Shown: one piece after another, positions 51,160 through 60,706 of the stretch
How positions within the stretch are numbered: position 1 is the first letter of the stretch
Layout: each line of letters starts with the position of its first letter
From: an uncultured Poribacteria bacterium
GTDB lineage: Bacteria; Poribacteria; WGA-4E; WGA-3G
Assembly: GCA_951813565.1 (NCBI GenBank)
Contig: OX638351.1
Coordinates: forward strand, 4,768,001-4,832,000
Length of the DNA stretch: 64,000 nt
Direction: 5' to 3'
The notes under the pieces: model-generated
Told to the model about the DNA's origin: nothing
The model's database searches: none
The model's input: the letters and a program-made list of their open reading frames with translations, nothing else
Translations under genes and position numbers: made by a program

Positions 51160-52965
51160 ATGTTCAATCGCCAAGAGGCAACAGATACCCCGCACCTAAA
51201 CCTGACCTTAATTGAAAAAATTAGGCGAAAATACGATTTAACACCTTCCATCACGCTAATCCTCGGACTGACAACACTATTTTTTGTCATATTCCTTATA
51301 TACCCCCTCCTTTATGTTTTTAAAGAAGCATTCTGGGTTGAAAATAAATTGACCCTGAAATATTTTGAACTCATGGTAACCGATCCAAACAAAAGAGAAC
51401 TGGTTATCAACAGTTTCAAGATCGGCATAATGGTTACACTGATGACGAGCATCATTAGCCTTCCGTTGTCATACTTTCTCACCCGTTATCGGTATCCAGG
51501 TCGGAATCTGTTGCGTTCCATCATTCTAATTCCGATGATAATGCCGCCTTTCGTTGGTGCCATCGGCATGCAAAAGTTTTTCGGACAATATGGCAGCATA
51601 AACATGTTTCTTGCCAAACTTAATCTGATGGATTTTACCGAAGCTGAACCCATTGACTGGTTTGGTGGCGGGTTCTGGGGTGTAGTGTTGCTGTCAACTT
51701 TGCATCTTTACCCGATAATGTATCTAAACATTGTTGCTGCACTGGCAAATGTTGATCCGAGTTTAGAGGAAGCAGCAGAGAATCTTGGGGCATCAAGGTT
51801 TCAAATATTCAGGAGAATAACACTGCCTTTGATGATGCCCGGTTATTTTGCTGGCGCGATTCTCGTCTTTATCTGGGCATTCACAGACCTCGGCACGCCA
51901 CTCATTTTTGACTATAACAAAGTGATTGCAGTAGAAATCTTCCGACTTGTGGTTGCTGCAAACTTGAATCCGATGGGTTATGCGCTTGTAGTCCTTGTTA
52001 TTGTGTTGACAGCACTCGCTTTTTACGCCTCTAAACGATGGACAGGAAGCAAACATTATGAAATGCTCGGACGGGGACACGTAACCTCACGGGAGGTAGA
52101 TGCAAAGTGGGGGATGCGATGCATCATTTACACATTTATCGGCGGATTGACGTTTACTGCATTACTACCACATATCAGCGTTATTTTGGTATCCTTAACA
52201 CCGGATGCAAGCCAATGGAACTTAACTGTGCTGCCGAAATCGTTGACCTTTTCACACTATATTGAGACGTTTACACATTCCGACACACTACCGAGCATTC
52301 TCAACAGTCTGAAATACAGTATCTTCAGCACGTTAATTGCACTTATTGTCGGTGTAGCAATCGCATATCTCCTCACACGTAAACGCATTCCGTTCCAAAA
52401 TTTGTTAGATGCGGTTGCAATGTTACCCTTAGCACTACCTGGTGTCGCGATTGCCTTCGGATATATGGGCAGTTTCTCAGACACTTCTTTTCTGCTACGG
52501 AATCTTCCAGAGGGTCTTATTGCTGTTATTGATCCGAGAAAAAATCCAACGTTTCTCTTAATTGTTGGTTATGCTGTGCGGCGGTTGCCGTATATGTTAC
52601 GTTCAATATATGCGGGTTTCCAGCAAACCAGCATAAGCTACGAAGAAGCATCACAGAACATGGGCGCAACGCCAGTTAGAACCCTTTATAAAATCACGTT
52701 ACCATTGGTATTTGCGAATATCCTTGCTGGTGCTATTCTGGTTTTCTCCTTTTCTATGCTTGAGGTAAGTGAAAGCCTGATTTTAGCAACGCAAAATCAG
52801 TACTATCCCATTACAAAAGCAATTTGGTCGCTCTCCCAACGCGTTGGACAAGGCCCGTACATCGCAAGCGCACTTGGCGTTGTCGGGATGTTAATATTAA
52901 TTGCTTGTTTGCTTGGGGCAGGTCGTGTTCTTGGTGGAAAGTTAGGCGAAATATTCAGGATTTAG
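51160..52965 (+). CDS. Fe(III)/thiamine-type ABC transporter permease (FbpB-like, two TM domains)
   Basis: Two EAA loops (LEEAAENLGA, YEEASQNMGA), MPPFVGA, DLGTP. Confidence 0.88.
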   Translation: MFNRQEATDTPHLNLTLIEKIRRKYDLTPSITLILGLTTLFFVIFLIYPLLYVFKEAFWVENKLTLKYFELMVTDPNKRELVINSFKIGIMVTLMTSIISLPLSYFLTRYRYPGRNLLRSIILIPMIMPPFVGAIGMQKFFGQYGSINMFLAKLNLMDFTEAEPIDWFGGGFWGVVLLSTLHLYPIMYLNIVAALANVDPSLEEAAENLGASRFQIFRRITLPLMMPGYFAGAILVFIWAFTDLGTPLIFDYNKVIAVEIFRLVVAANLNPMGYALVVLVIVLTALAFYASKRWTGSKHYEMLGRGHVTSREVDAKWGMRCIIYTFIGGLTFTALLPHISVILVSLTPDASQWNLTVLPKSLTFSHYIETFTHSDTLPSILNSLKYSIFSTLIALIVGVAIAYLLTRKRIPFQNLLDAVAMLPLALPGVAIAFGYMGSFSDTSFLLRNLPEGLIAVIDPRKNPTFLLIVGYAVRRLPYMLRSIYAGFQQTSISYEEASQNMGATPVRTLYKITLPLVFANILAGAILVFSFSMLEVSESLILATQNQYYPITKAIWSLSQRVGQGPYIASALGVVGMLILIACLLGAGRVLGGKLGEIFRI

Positions 52966-53575
52966 AGATGTCGCGAGCTGGATCTCGCTCACAAGATTCC
53001 GTGTGGAATGTCTTGAAAATTATCACAAAGCATGGTATATTTTAAACACCCGCTAACAGATATTTTGAGGTAGAAACATAAGGATTCCATCTATGAATCG
53101 TCATGCATAAGTTAGCTAAAAGCCCTTTGCGGTATCCGGGTGGTAAATCCAGAGCATTGAAACAGATTTTTCCACTAATTCCGCCGAACATTTCGGCGTT
53201 TCGCGAGCCATTTGTCGGTGGCGGTTCCGTTTATTTTGCTGTCCGAAGCATTTTTCAAAACCATATTAAATCCTACTGGATTAATGGCCTCAATTACGAT
53301 CTCTACTGTTTTTGGAAGCAGACGCGAGACAATGTCGCTGAATTAGTCGAGACACTAACAAACATAAAAGCGGACTATAGCAATGGCAGAACCCTATTTG
53401 CAAAATTAACGGAAGATAAGGATTTATTGAACCAAGACAGAGATATGCTACCTGAATTTGAACGTGCTGTGCGGTTCTTTGTTGTCATAGGTACCCACTA
53501 CCTAAAGGTAGGGGCTTGTGCTTCCTTGCGACTGCGGTTTTCTCAGAGAGTTGACCGTCTTATTGTCGCTCCACT

Positions 53576-54688
53576 TTAGGCAGCCAAGCCTGCCCGTTTG
53601 ATATTGATAGCAGCGTTGGTGTCTCTGTCGTGGTGTGACCCACATTCGGGACATGTCCACTGCCTATCAGAAAGAGAGAGTTCTTTGTTATGGTATCCAC
53701 AATCACTACAAGGTTTTGTTGTTGCTATCCATTGAGAGATTCGCACAAGTTTTTTGCCGTGCTTCACACACTTCTGTTCCAATATCTGAAGAAACTGGTA
53801 GAAAGAATGGTCAGAAACTTTACGTCCCCATAATCGTTTCATACCGTCAAGGTTCAGCGTTTCAAAAATGAGTGTGTCAAACTCTACACAAAGTTCGTGG
53901 GCAAGTTTCCACTGCCAATCTTCTCTTTGTCGGGCAACTTTTCTGTGTTGCCTTGCCAAAGCACGACACGCACGATAATAGTTGTTAGAACCTTTGACTT
54001 TACGACTGAGTGCTTTGTTGAGAGATCGCAGCGTCTTGAGTGATTGTTTGAAAAACTGCGGGGATTCTATCTTGTTGCCTTCGTCGCTTGTGAGGAATGT
54101 TTTGTTTCCGTAATCAAATCCTGCGCTCTTACCCGTCTTAGATTTAGGTTCGGAATCGTCAACATTCTCGCACGAAAAGCATATCCAATAGTCACCGCAC
54201 CTGTCACATTTGATGGTGATCGTCTTGATTAGCCCTTTGATTTCACGGTGTTTGTGAAACGAAAACCATGTATCTATACAGTTGATTTTGATACGATTAT
54301 CTTCAAGTTTGTAGCCCGCTTGTGTGAAGGTCATGGAGTTGTATTTGTGTCTCGGTTTGATTTTCGGTCTACCCACTTTACGCGTTGTTTTACCTGATTT
54401 GCGGCTTGCTATATTTTGGAAAAATGCGTCTTGAGATTTACCATAACGTAGGACAACGTCTTGAACAACTTGACTTGGCAAGTCCGCCCAGTGTGGTTTA
54501 GTTGTCTTTTTAAGTTTTGTGACGTGTGCCTTCAGACGATACGCAGACAAATTTTTGCCGAACATGCGATAATACCTACGTGCCAAACGCATGATATGCA
54601 CATGGATTTGCCACATATCATCAAGCATATTACCAAGTTTGATTGTGTTAGATTGGTGTTGAAGTTTGAACTTGTGAGATTTTCTCAT
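53576..54688 (-). CDS. tnpB: RNA-guided endonuclease TnpB
   Basis: RuvC residues in GFDYG, FETLNL and DRDTNAAINI; CSDC/CPEC zinc finger. Confidence 0.95.
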   Translation of the reverse strand: MRKSHKFKLQHQSNTIKLGNMLDDMWQIHVHIMRLARRYYRMFGKNLSAYRLKAHVTKLKKTTKPHWADLPSQVVQDVVLRYGKSQDAFFQNIASRKSGKTTRKVGRPKIKPRHKYNSMTFTQAGYKLEDNRIKINCIDTWFSFHKHREIKGLIKTITIKCDRCGDYWICFSCENVDDSEPKSKTGKSAGFDYGNKTFLTSDEGNKIESPQFFKQSLKTLRSLNKALSRKVKGSNNYYRACRALARQHRKVARQREDWQWKLAHELCVEFDTLIFETLNLDGMKRLWGRKVSDHSFYQFLQILEQKCVKHGKKLVRISQWIATTKPCSDCGYHNKELSLSDRQWTCPECGSHHDRDTNAAINIKRAGLAA

Positions 54689-54738
54689 TGTCCACTTTGA
54701 CCTTCAATATAGTCTTTTATCACTTCAAGAGCTACAAT
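54685..54738 (-). pseudogene. tnpA: C-terminal remnant of Y1 transposase TnpA
   Basis: Reads IVALEVIKDYIEGQSGQ*, resembling the YIxxQ catalytic-Tyr helix; ATGA overlap with tnpB start. Confidence 0.7.
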
Positions 54739-55321
54739 ATAGTATGATATATTATACCACATTGTGATTAGATTGAAAGTATATTTTAAATCAAAACTTT
54801 CGCCGTCTACATCCCCTACCTAAAGGCAGGGGGTTTGACGGGGAGTGCTAAACCGAATTACCTTCTCTGGTATTGTCGATTCAGGCGGATATTCACAAGC
54901 AGCTTATGAAAAACGATTTACTGATTCATCTATTGCGCGAGCTAAGATGATTTCGCAATATCTTTCGGGAGTCAAAATCACATGTGGAGATTACACTGAT
55001 TCGCTCTTCCAAGATGGTCAAGATGTCTTTATTTTTCTTGATCCTCCCTATTGGAAGGCGACTGAATCAAAACTGTATGGCACAAGAGGCACGTTGCATA
55101 CTTCATTTGACCATGCCCAATTCGCAGAAAATATGAAAAAATGTTCTCACAAGTGGTTGATAACCTATGATGATTCGCCTGTTATTCGGGAACTTTTTGA
55201 TTTTGCAGAAATTCAAGAATGGACTTTACAATATGGAATGAACAATTATAAAAAAGATTTCGCAGCAAAAGGGAATGAGTTGTTTATCAAAAATTACTGA
55301 TATAAGAGTAAGGAATTAGGT

Positions 55322-56503
55322 GTGAACACGGAAATCTTAAACTATTTTCTACCACCACGTATTGAATTTGGGGAAGGTGCCATCGCAAACTTGGCTGAAC
55401 ATGTTGCGGCTTTTGGTGGCAAAAAACCGCTTATCGTTAGCGATGCGGGTATCCGCAAAGTGGAAATATTAGATCAAGCGGTCGCGCCGTTAGACGATGC
55501 AGATTTACCTTATGCGACTTATGAGGATATTGAACCGAATCCCACAGATATAAGCATCGGGCAAGGTGTAGAAACCTATCGAAAAGAAAAATGTGATGTT
55601 GTTGTTGCCGTTGGTGGTGGGAGTGTGATGGATGCTGCAAAGGCTATCCGTCTCTTAACAACCCACGAGCCGCCATTGGAACCGTACTATGTTGACTCGG
55701 ATGGGGCAGATAGGATTCGCGGAGATATGCCACCTTTGATATGTGTGCCAACGACAGCGGGGACCGGTAGTGAAGTATCTCAAGGAGCAATCATTACCGA
55801 CACCTCATTACAGACGACTGATCGTTGGCGAAAGCGCGCTATTGTCACCCGCTATAATATGTCAAATCTTGCGCTGCTTGATCCTGTGTTGACCGTGGGA
55901 ATGCCACAAGCATTAACTGCAGCAACTGGCATGGATGCAATCACACATGGGATTGAGGCGTATGTAGCGACAAAATATCACCCAATTTCTGAAGGCGTAG
56001 CGTTGCAAGCATTGCAAATATTAGGAGCAAATATCCGAACAGCATATCACCATGGAGAAAACATTGAGGCGAGAGGAAAAATGTTGTTAGGTTCATGTAT
56101 GGCAGCATTTGCGTTTCAGAAAGGTCTCGGTGCGGTTCATTCCATTGCACACCAATTGTCAACAGACGCACCTATCCCGCACGGTGTCGCTAATGCAATA
56201 CTCCTACCTCCTGTGATGGAATTTAACCTGCCCCATGTGATTGACAAGTATGCTGATGTTGCTGATGCTTTAGGCGTTAATGTAGCAGGTATATCTAAAG
56301 GTGAGGCAGCGTGCGCCGCAATTGATGAAATTCGTGAATTAAACAAAGAGTTTAATATGCCCGAAGGACTCGGGGAAGCTGGATTAGACAGAGAAATGAT
56401 TCCGAAACTTGCAGCCGATTCAATGCTTGACCACTGTCATAAACTCAATCCGAGACAGTGTTCAGAACAAGATATGCTTTATTTGCTCAAGGAGGCTTTC
56501 TAA
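55322..56503 (+). CDS. Iron-containing alcohol dehydrogenase
   Basis: GGGSVMDAAK, PTTAGTGSE, GMDAITHGIE, HSIAH, PHGVANA. Confidence 0.93.
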   Translation: MNTEILNYFLPPRIEFGEGAIANLAEHVAAFGGKKPLIVSDAGIRKVEILDQAVAPLDDADLPYATYEDIEPNPTDISIGQGVETYRKEKCDVVVAVGGGSVMDAAKAIRLLTTHEPPLEPYYVDSDGADRIRGDMPPLICVPTTAGTGSEVSQGAIITDTSLQTTDRWRKRAIVTRYNMSNLALLDPVLTVGMPQALTAATGMDAITHGIEAYVATKYHPISEGVALQALQILGANIRTAYHHGENIEARGKMLLGSCMAAFAFQKGLGAVHSIAHQLSTDAPIPHGVANAILLPPVMEFNLPHVIDKYADVADALGVNVAGISKGEAACAAIDEIRELNKEFNMPEGLGEAGLDREMIPKLAADSMLDHCHKLNPRQCSEQDMLYLLKEAF

Positions 56504-56533
56504 CTGTTTGAATGCAACGGGAAAGACAAACTA

Positions 56534-56699
56534 TGGTGGATTATTGTAATAATTGGACACTTTACTTGTAGGAGCGATCTCCGAATCGCGACGAAACGGC
56601 TTGATAGTCGGGAATCGGAGTTCCCCCCGCCAAATACCATACGCGCATTTGGCGTTGATTCACAGTTCAAGAATGTCCAATTAATTCTAAAATCTACCA
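56534..56699. mobile_element. IS630-related MITE with REP pair
   Basis: TGGTGGATTATTGTAATAATTGGACA...TGTCCAATTAATTCTAAAATCTACCA with TA flanks. Confidence 0.65.
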
Positions 56700-57578
56700 T
56701 AATTACGCTACTATAGTTTGGACAATTTGATCCTGTCAGGACTTCCGAATAAGTGTAAAAACTGCAATATAAAGGCTCTTGTATCTCTGAGTTTTGTATG
56801 AAATCACTGTATTTTGCGATATTTTTTGCCAAGATCGTCAAAAATGTGTAAATCTGCTCAGTTTCACGTAGTGTCTTCATCTATTTTTAGATTTTTTTCT
56901 AAGTTTTGTTTCGGATCGTTACTCGCAGAAAAATATTGTTGTTGGAAACATTGTCGCAAATAAGCGGTCATCAATCCGCGTGTCAGATGTTTCGCTTTAT
57001 ACCAATGCATATTTAGGGCAAGCAACACGTCTGCTACGCCAAGAGACACATCCTCGTTTTCTATATCCGATACTGTGTTTGTGAAAATGAGTTGTGTGAG
57101 ACTTGCTGCGACAAAACTCAGTTGTGCGAACCGGTTCAAACTTGGACGCTTTCGGATTTGATATGTATCAAAGCCGAAGTTCTGTTTAACATCCCGAAAT
57201 GCCGTTTCAATCTTCCACCGATTTTTATAGTGTCGGATGACATCGGCTACTGAGAGTTGTCCATCAGAAGTGAATAAACAAAAATACTGATAGGGTTTAG
57301 ACTTCTTTTTGCGTATGCGTATCACAACGAGCCTGACATCCTCTGGACACATCTTTGTGCGCACGATTTTATCTGCGACAGAAAGTGTCTCGTTTTTCAC
57401 GACAATATCTCTATACTTCAGATAGGGTAGATGCACACGATTTCCATAACGCCGTGGTCTACCTTGTTTCGGTTGTTTCGGTCGCGTAGGTATTTGATAG
57501 AACACAGCATTTGACTTTGCGCGACAGAGTAAATGATGTCCTTGTGAAAGGATCAAGGTAAACACTTTGCGTTTATTA

Positions 57579-58486
57579 TAGTAAATCCCGTAATTACTTA
57601 TACACTTTTATAATATCATCAATAGAGGTCTCAGCGTTGTATTGACGTATCCGCTTGATGTTGGCGAAATCCTTCTCAATCGGGTTCAACTCCGGTGAAT
57701 ACGGCGGTAAAAACAACAAACTCGCACCGCAATCCCGGATCAATGCCGCCGTCTGTGAACCTTTGTGGAAAGACGCATTATCCATAATCACAACATGGCT
57801 ATCGTCAAGCAATGGACACAACATTTCCGAAAGCCAACTGTTGAAGGCGACCGCGTCGCAACTGCCCTCGAAAAGCACAGGTGCTGTGAAACATCCATCA
57901 AGCCTTGCAGCAATCAGCGTCGTGGTGGTATACCGATGGCTTGGCACTTTATCTTCAACACGGACACCTTTCGGGGCATAAGCATACCGACGGAAAGTGG
58001 TTTCAGTGAAACCACTTTCGTCAAGATAAACCGGTGTTTTGCCATGCGCCTGTGTCTCTTGTTGAAGTGCCGAAAGATACTCTTGGCGTTTTATCGGACA
58101 CTGTTCTTTGTAGGTCGTGGTCTTTTTTTTCGCGTGATATTGAGTTTTGAGAAGGCATAAAAGATGCCATTTGTTGAAACACCGAAGTGTTTAGCACGTT
58201 CGGCGAGTGTGGAATCTGGGAAATCGGCAACATGTTGCTGAAGTGCGTCATAATCAATATCTCGGGGCCCTTTGGGTCCCGGTTTTTCACAGGCGAAGGG
58301 GTCTTCTGCTTCCAACCAGTTATAGATCGTTCTTCTTGAGACACGAAAAGTGCGTTCTGCGGCGGCTTTACTGCCACCATTATTGATGAAATCAAGCACG
58401 CGTTTGCGTAAATCTGTTGAATATGCCATAATTATAAAGGCTAGCATAAATCCCAGAAAATGTAAACTTATTTTCAAGATCTACTA
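57579..58486 (-). mobile_element. IS630 family insertion sequence
   Basis: TA duplication (57577-57578, 58487-58488); paralog of 33820-34723. Confidence 0.92.
57594..58429 (-). CDS. IS630 transposase (orfA/orfB, probable -1 frameshift)
   Basis: MAYSTDLRKRV HTH; LDESGF, MDNASFH, LPPYSPELNPIE; A8 run at the junction. Confidence 0.88.
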
Positions 58487-59175
58487 TAAAACCTCTGTCA
58501 AATACGATGAGACCGGGTGGTATATTGGCACAGATGCGCTTGAGCACCTCAAGACTTGTATCCCGTTTTTTTTCCGGGACACATGACCCTCGCAGCTAAC
58601 GGAAAAAGCTGCGTGCCTTGTGGCGTTTCACAGAGCCATCCTATCGCACCGAACTCGTGTCCGTGGTGGAACTTGGATTGGTTCTTGTTTCGCTTCTGAT
58701 AACGGGTGTTTCTGAAGAAATGCGTGCCATATTGGTGAGAACCCGCATTGGTAGACTTGGTTTCATCATAGACATAGACACCCTCGCTGAAAACGGATTG
58801 AACTTGTTGTGTCAGAACTGATGCAAGTTCATCAGCACACCACAGGCTACGATTGAGAAACTTCGGCAACGCCCAATAGGTCGTTGAAGGTCTTGTTGAT
58901 TGATATATCTGTGTCATTGTTCCACGATGCGGTGTATTTATCAAACCTGAGACAATGGTGCGAAAATGATTAAAATTGTTATACTTGAAGAGAGGTCTAA
59001 AATCTGATAGCATGTGTTCTAAGCGGAAAAGAGGATCCATTTTGATGTCCTTTCAAAATAGTGTTGTTATATTCTGAAAGGATAACCTCTTTTCTGCTTT
59101 TGTGTCAAAAAAACTTAAAACTGTCCAAAGTATAGTAATAATAAGCGAAACGTAAAAATATTTCTTCATATCAAA

Positions 59176-59928
59176 TTACTCCTTTGATAAATTTAAAAAA
59201 ACGTAGGGATCAATACCCCCATCGGGGTATGTGTAAATTTTGAAGTGACTTGGTATATCAGATTCTAAAATGATACCCTTTGTTATGTCACGAAAACCAT
59301 CGTCTGGATGTCCCGTAGAACGAGCAACATATCTTTCAACACTACCGTCCGGATATTCCCGTGTATCCCATTCAACGTAACGGACACCTTTTATGATCGG
59401 ATAAATGAGTCCACTTCGTTTATAAGTTGCTCCTTCAGCTTGTATACCTTGTTGATATAACTTAACTCGAACACGAACGAGTAACTCTTGATGAGGAATC
59501 TTTGACATATTCTCCCAGAAAACATTCTCCTTATCCTTTGGAATACCCATCTCCTCTGGAATTTCTGGATAGGGTCCAAAGCCATTTGGTGACACTGAGA
59601 CTTTTGCATCCGTTAGTGTTTCAGATTGCTGTTGTTCTGCCGCTTCCATATTACTTTCAGCTTCAGCGGTTACTTCTGTTATAGCTTTCTCTGCGGTTGG
59701 TGTCTCGCTTTCTGCAGGTACTATATCCATAGTCTGTTCCGCTACGCTGTTCGTATCATAGACTTTTTTGGCTGCCTCCGATTGGTGCAGCAGTTCCTCT
59801 GCCTCAGCAGCAGCCTTTCTCTCATCTGCCGTATCGTGCTGATACCACAACACGCACGCAACAGCAAACACAATCAGGAAGCCAATACCACCGAGAACCC
59901 ATTTGTTGGTGAGAATATCGCGATACAT
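59176..59928 (-). CDS. Hypothetical single-pass membrane protein (cargo)
   Basis: AGGAGG RBS, MYRDILTNKWVLGG TM segment, VSPNGFGPYPEIP. Confidence 0.85.
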   Translation of the reverse strand: MYRDILTNKWVLGGIGFLIVFAVACVLWYQHDTADERKAAAEAEELLHQSEAAKKVYDTNSVAEQTMDIVPAESETPTAEKAITEVTAEAESNMEAAEQQQSETLTDAKVSVSPNGFGPYPEIPEEMGIPKDKENVFWENMSKIPHQELLVRVRVKLYQQGIQAEGATYKRSGLIYPIIKGVRYVEWDTREYPDGSVERYVARSTGHPDDGFRDITKGIILESDIPSHFKIYTYPDGGIDPYVFLNLSKE

Positions 59929-60087
59929 CGTAAACCTCCTTATGTTGTATGAAAAGAATAGAACAACCACGCCAAGCAAAATATAGATTTGCTTGCAATT
60001 TTAAACAATTATAACGTGAGTTTCATAAATTATTAGTATAACTACTTGTGCTAGTTACCCCTCTGTAAAGAACTAACCACTATATAT

Positions 60088-60232
60088 CCTACACTCCGCA
60101 CTTGTTTTAATAGGTTTTTATAATATCTGTGTAAACTCACATCACACATCTAAATTGTTTGCTAAATATAGACCACACAAGGGTTTATCAAATAAATATC
60201 GAAAAACGCGAATCAGAAGTGCGGAGTGTAGG
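60088..60232. mobile_element. MITE with CCTACACTCCGCACTT TIRs (IS1634-like ends, tentative)
   Basis: 16-bp perfect TIR; ATATAT 6-bp duplication. Confidence 0.75.
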
Positions 60233-60259
60233 ATATATCGTTACAAGACATATATATAA

Positions 60260-60450
60260 CCTACATTCCGCAGTTCTTTTTTAGTATTTTGGCACTTATT
60301 AAAGGTCTATAAACCCTTTTAGATATTGGATTCTTCAATTTTTTGTAATCTGATTGAATCCTGGAATTAATTCACATTAGGTCAAAAAACAGTGAAATTT
60401 GGGCATCAAAATTGCCATAAATCCTGTATTCATGCACTCCGGAATATAGG
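60260..60450. mobile_element. Second MITE of the same TIR family
   Basis: CCTACATTCCG...CGGAATATAGG; ATATAA 6-bp duplication. Confidence 0.7.
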
Positions 60451-60476
60451 ATATAATATTTTGTCTTATAACGATA

Positions 60477-60585
60477 ATTATACTTATACTTCATACAAAA
60501 GTCAACATAAATTTGCGCAATTTCTGTGAAATTTCGCAAATTATCGCAAATTTCTATTGACTTTTTGTATGACTTCTATTATAAC
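60477..60585. promoter_or_regulatory. Back-to-back divergent promoters with central operator-like repeats
   Basis: Minus TTGACT-17-TATAAT; plus TTGACT-17-TATAAC; central TTTGCG/CGCAAA repeats. Confidence 0.6.
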
Positions 60586-60698
60586 TATAGTTCGGACAGT
60601 TTGCAATTAATGTTATCATACTTTTTCTAAAGTCCCAGCGGGCGAAATGTGTATAACTACAATTACAAATGAAAACTCAAAAACTGTCCAAACTATAG
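60585..60698. mobile_element. 114-bp MITE with CTATAGTT(C/T)GGACAG TIRs
   Basis: TIRs match the IS at 56711-59135. Confidence 0.85.
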
Positions 60699-60706
60699 TA
60701 ATTACG

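Larger units (their letters stand above)
53484..54847 (-). mobile_element. IS200/IS605 family element (tnpB + tnpA remnant)
   Basis: Subterminal hairpins CCCCTGCCTTTAGGTAGGGG and CCCCTACCTTTAGGTAGTGGG; inserted after TTAG, ends in TGAC; no target duplication. Confidence 0.92.
53103..55300 (+). pseudogene. Dam-family DNA adenine methyltransferase interrupted by an IS200/IS605 element
   Basis: KSPLRYPGGK and EPFVGGGS in the 5' part, FLDPPY in the 3' part; removing 53484-54847 restores RFFVLNRITFSG. Confidence 0.9.
56864..59040 (-). pseudogene. DDE transposase split by IS630 insertion and an A8 frameshift
   Basis: YVYDET, FDRGF|NKRK rejoined at the TA, YKNRWKIETAFRDVKQ. Confidence 0.85.
56711..59135 (-). 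mobile_element. IS4/IS701-like insertion sequence, disrupted by IS630
   Basis: TIRs CTATAGTTTGGACA / TGTCCAAAGTATAG enclosing DDE transposase halves. Confidence 0.85.
56711..60698. mobile_element. Composite transposon (IS + cargo + cognate MITE)
   Basis: 11-bp direct repeat TAATTACGCTA at 56700-56710 and 60699-60709. Confidence 0.75.

Noticed and set aside
53484..54847. IStron (self-splicing intron plus IS) rescuing the methyltransferase
   Set aside because: The element is antisense to the host gene and leaves no room for a group I intron core
58560..58575. Programmed frameshift in the IS4/IS701-like transposase
   Set aside because: A single extra A in an A8 run of an already disrupted gene is more simply decay or a homopolymer error
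60082..60456. Invertible promoter switches (two inverted-repeat pairs)
   Set aside because: Each pair has a 6-bp direct duplication, which fits MITEs better
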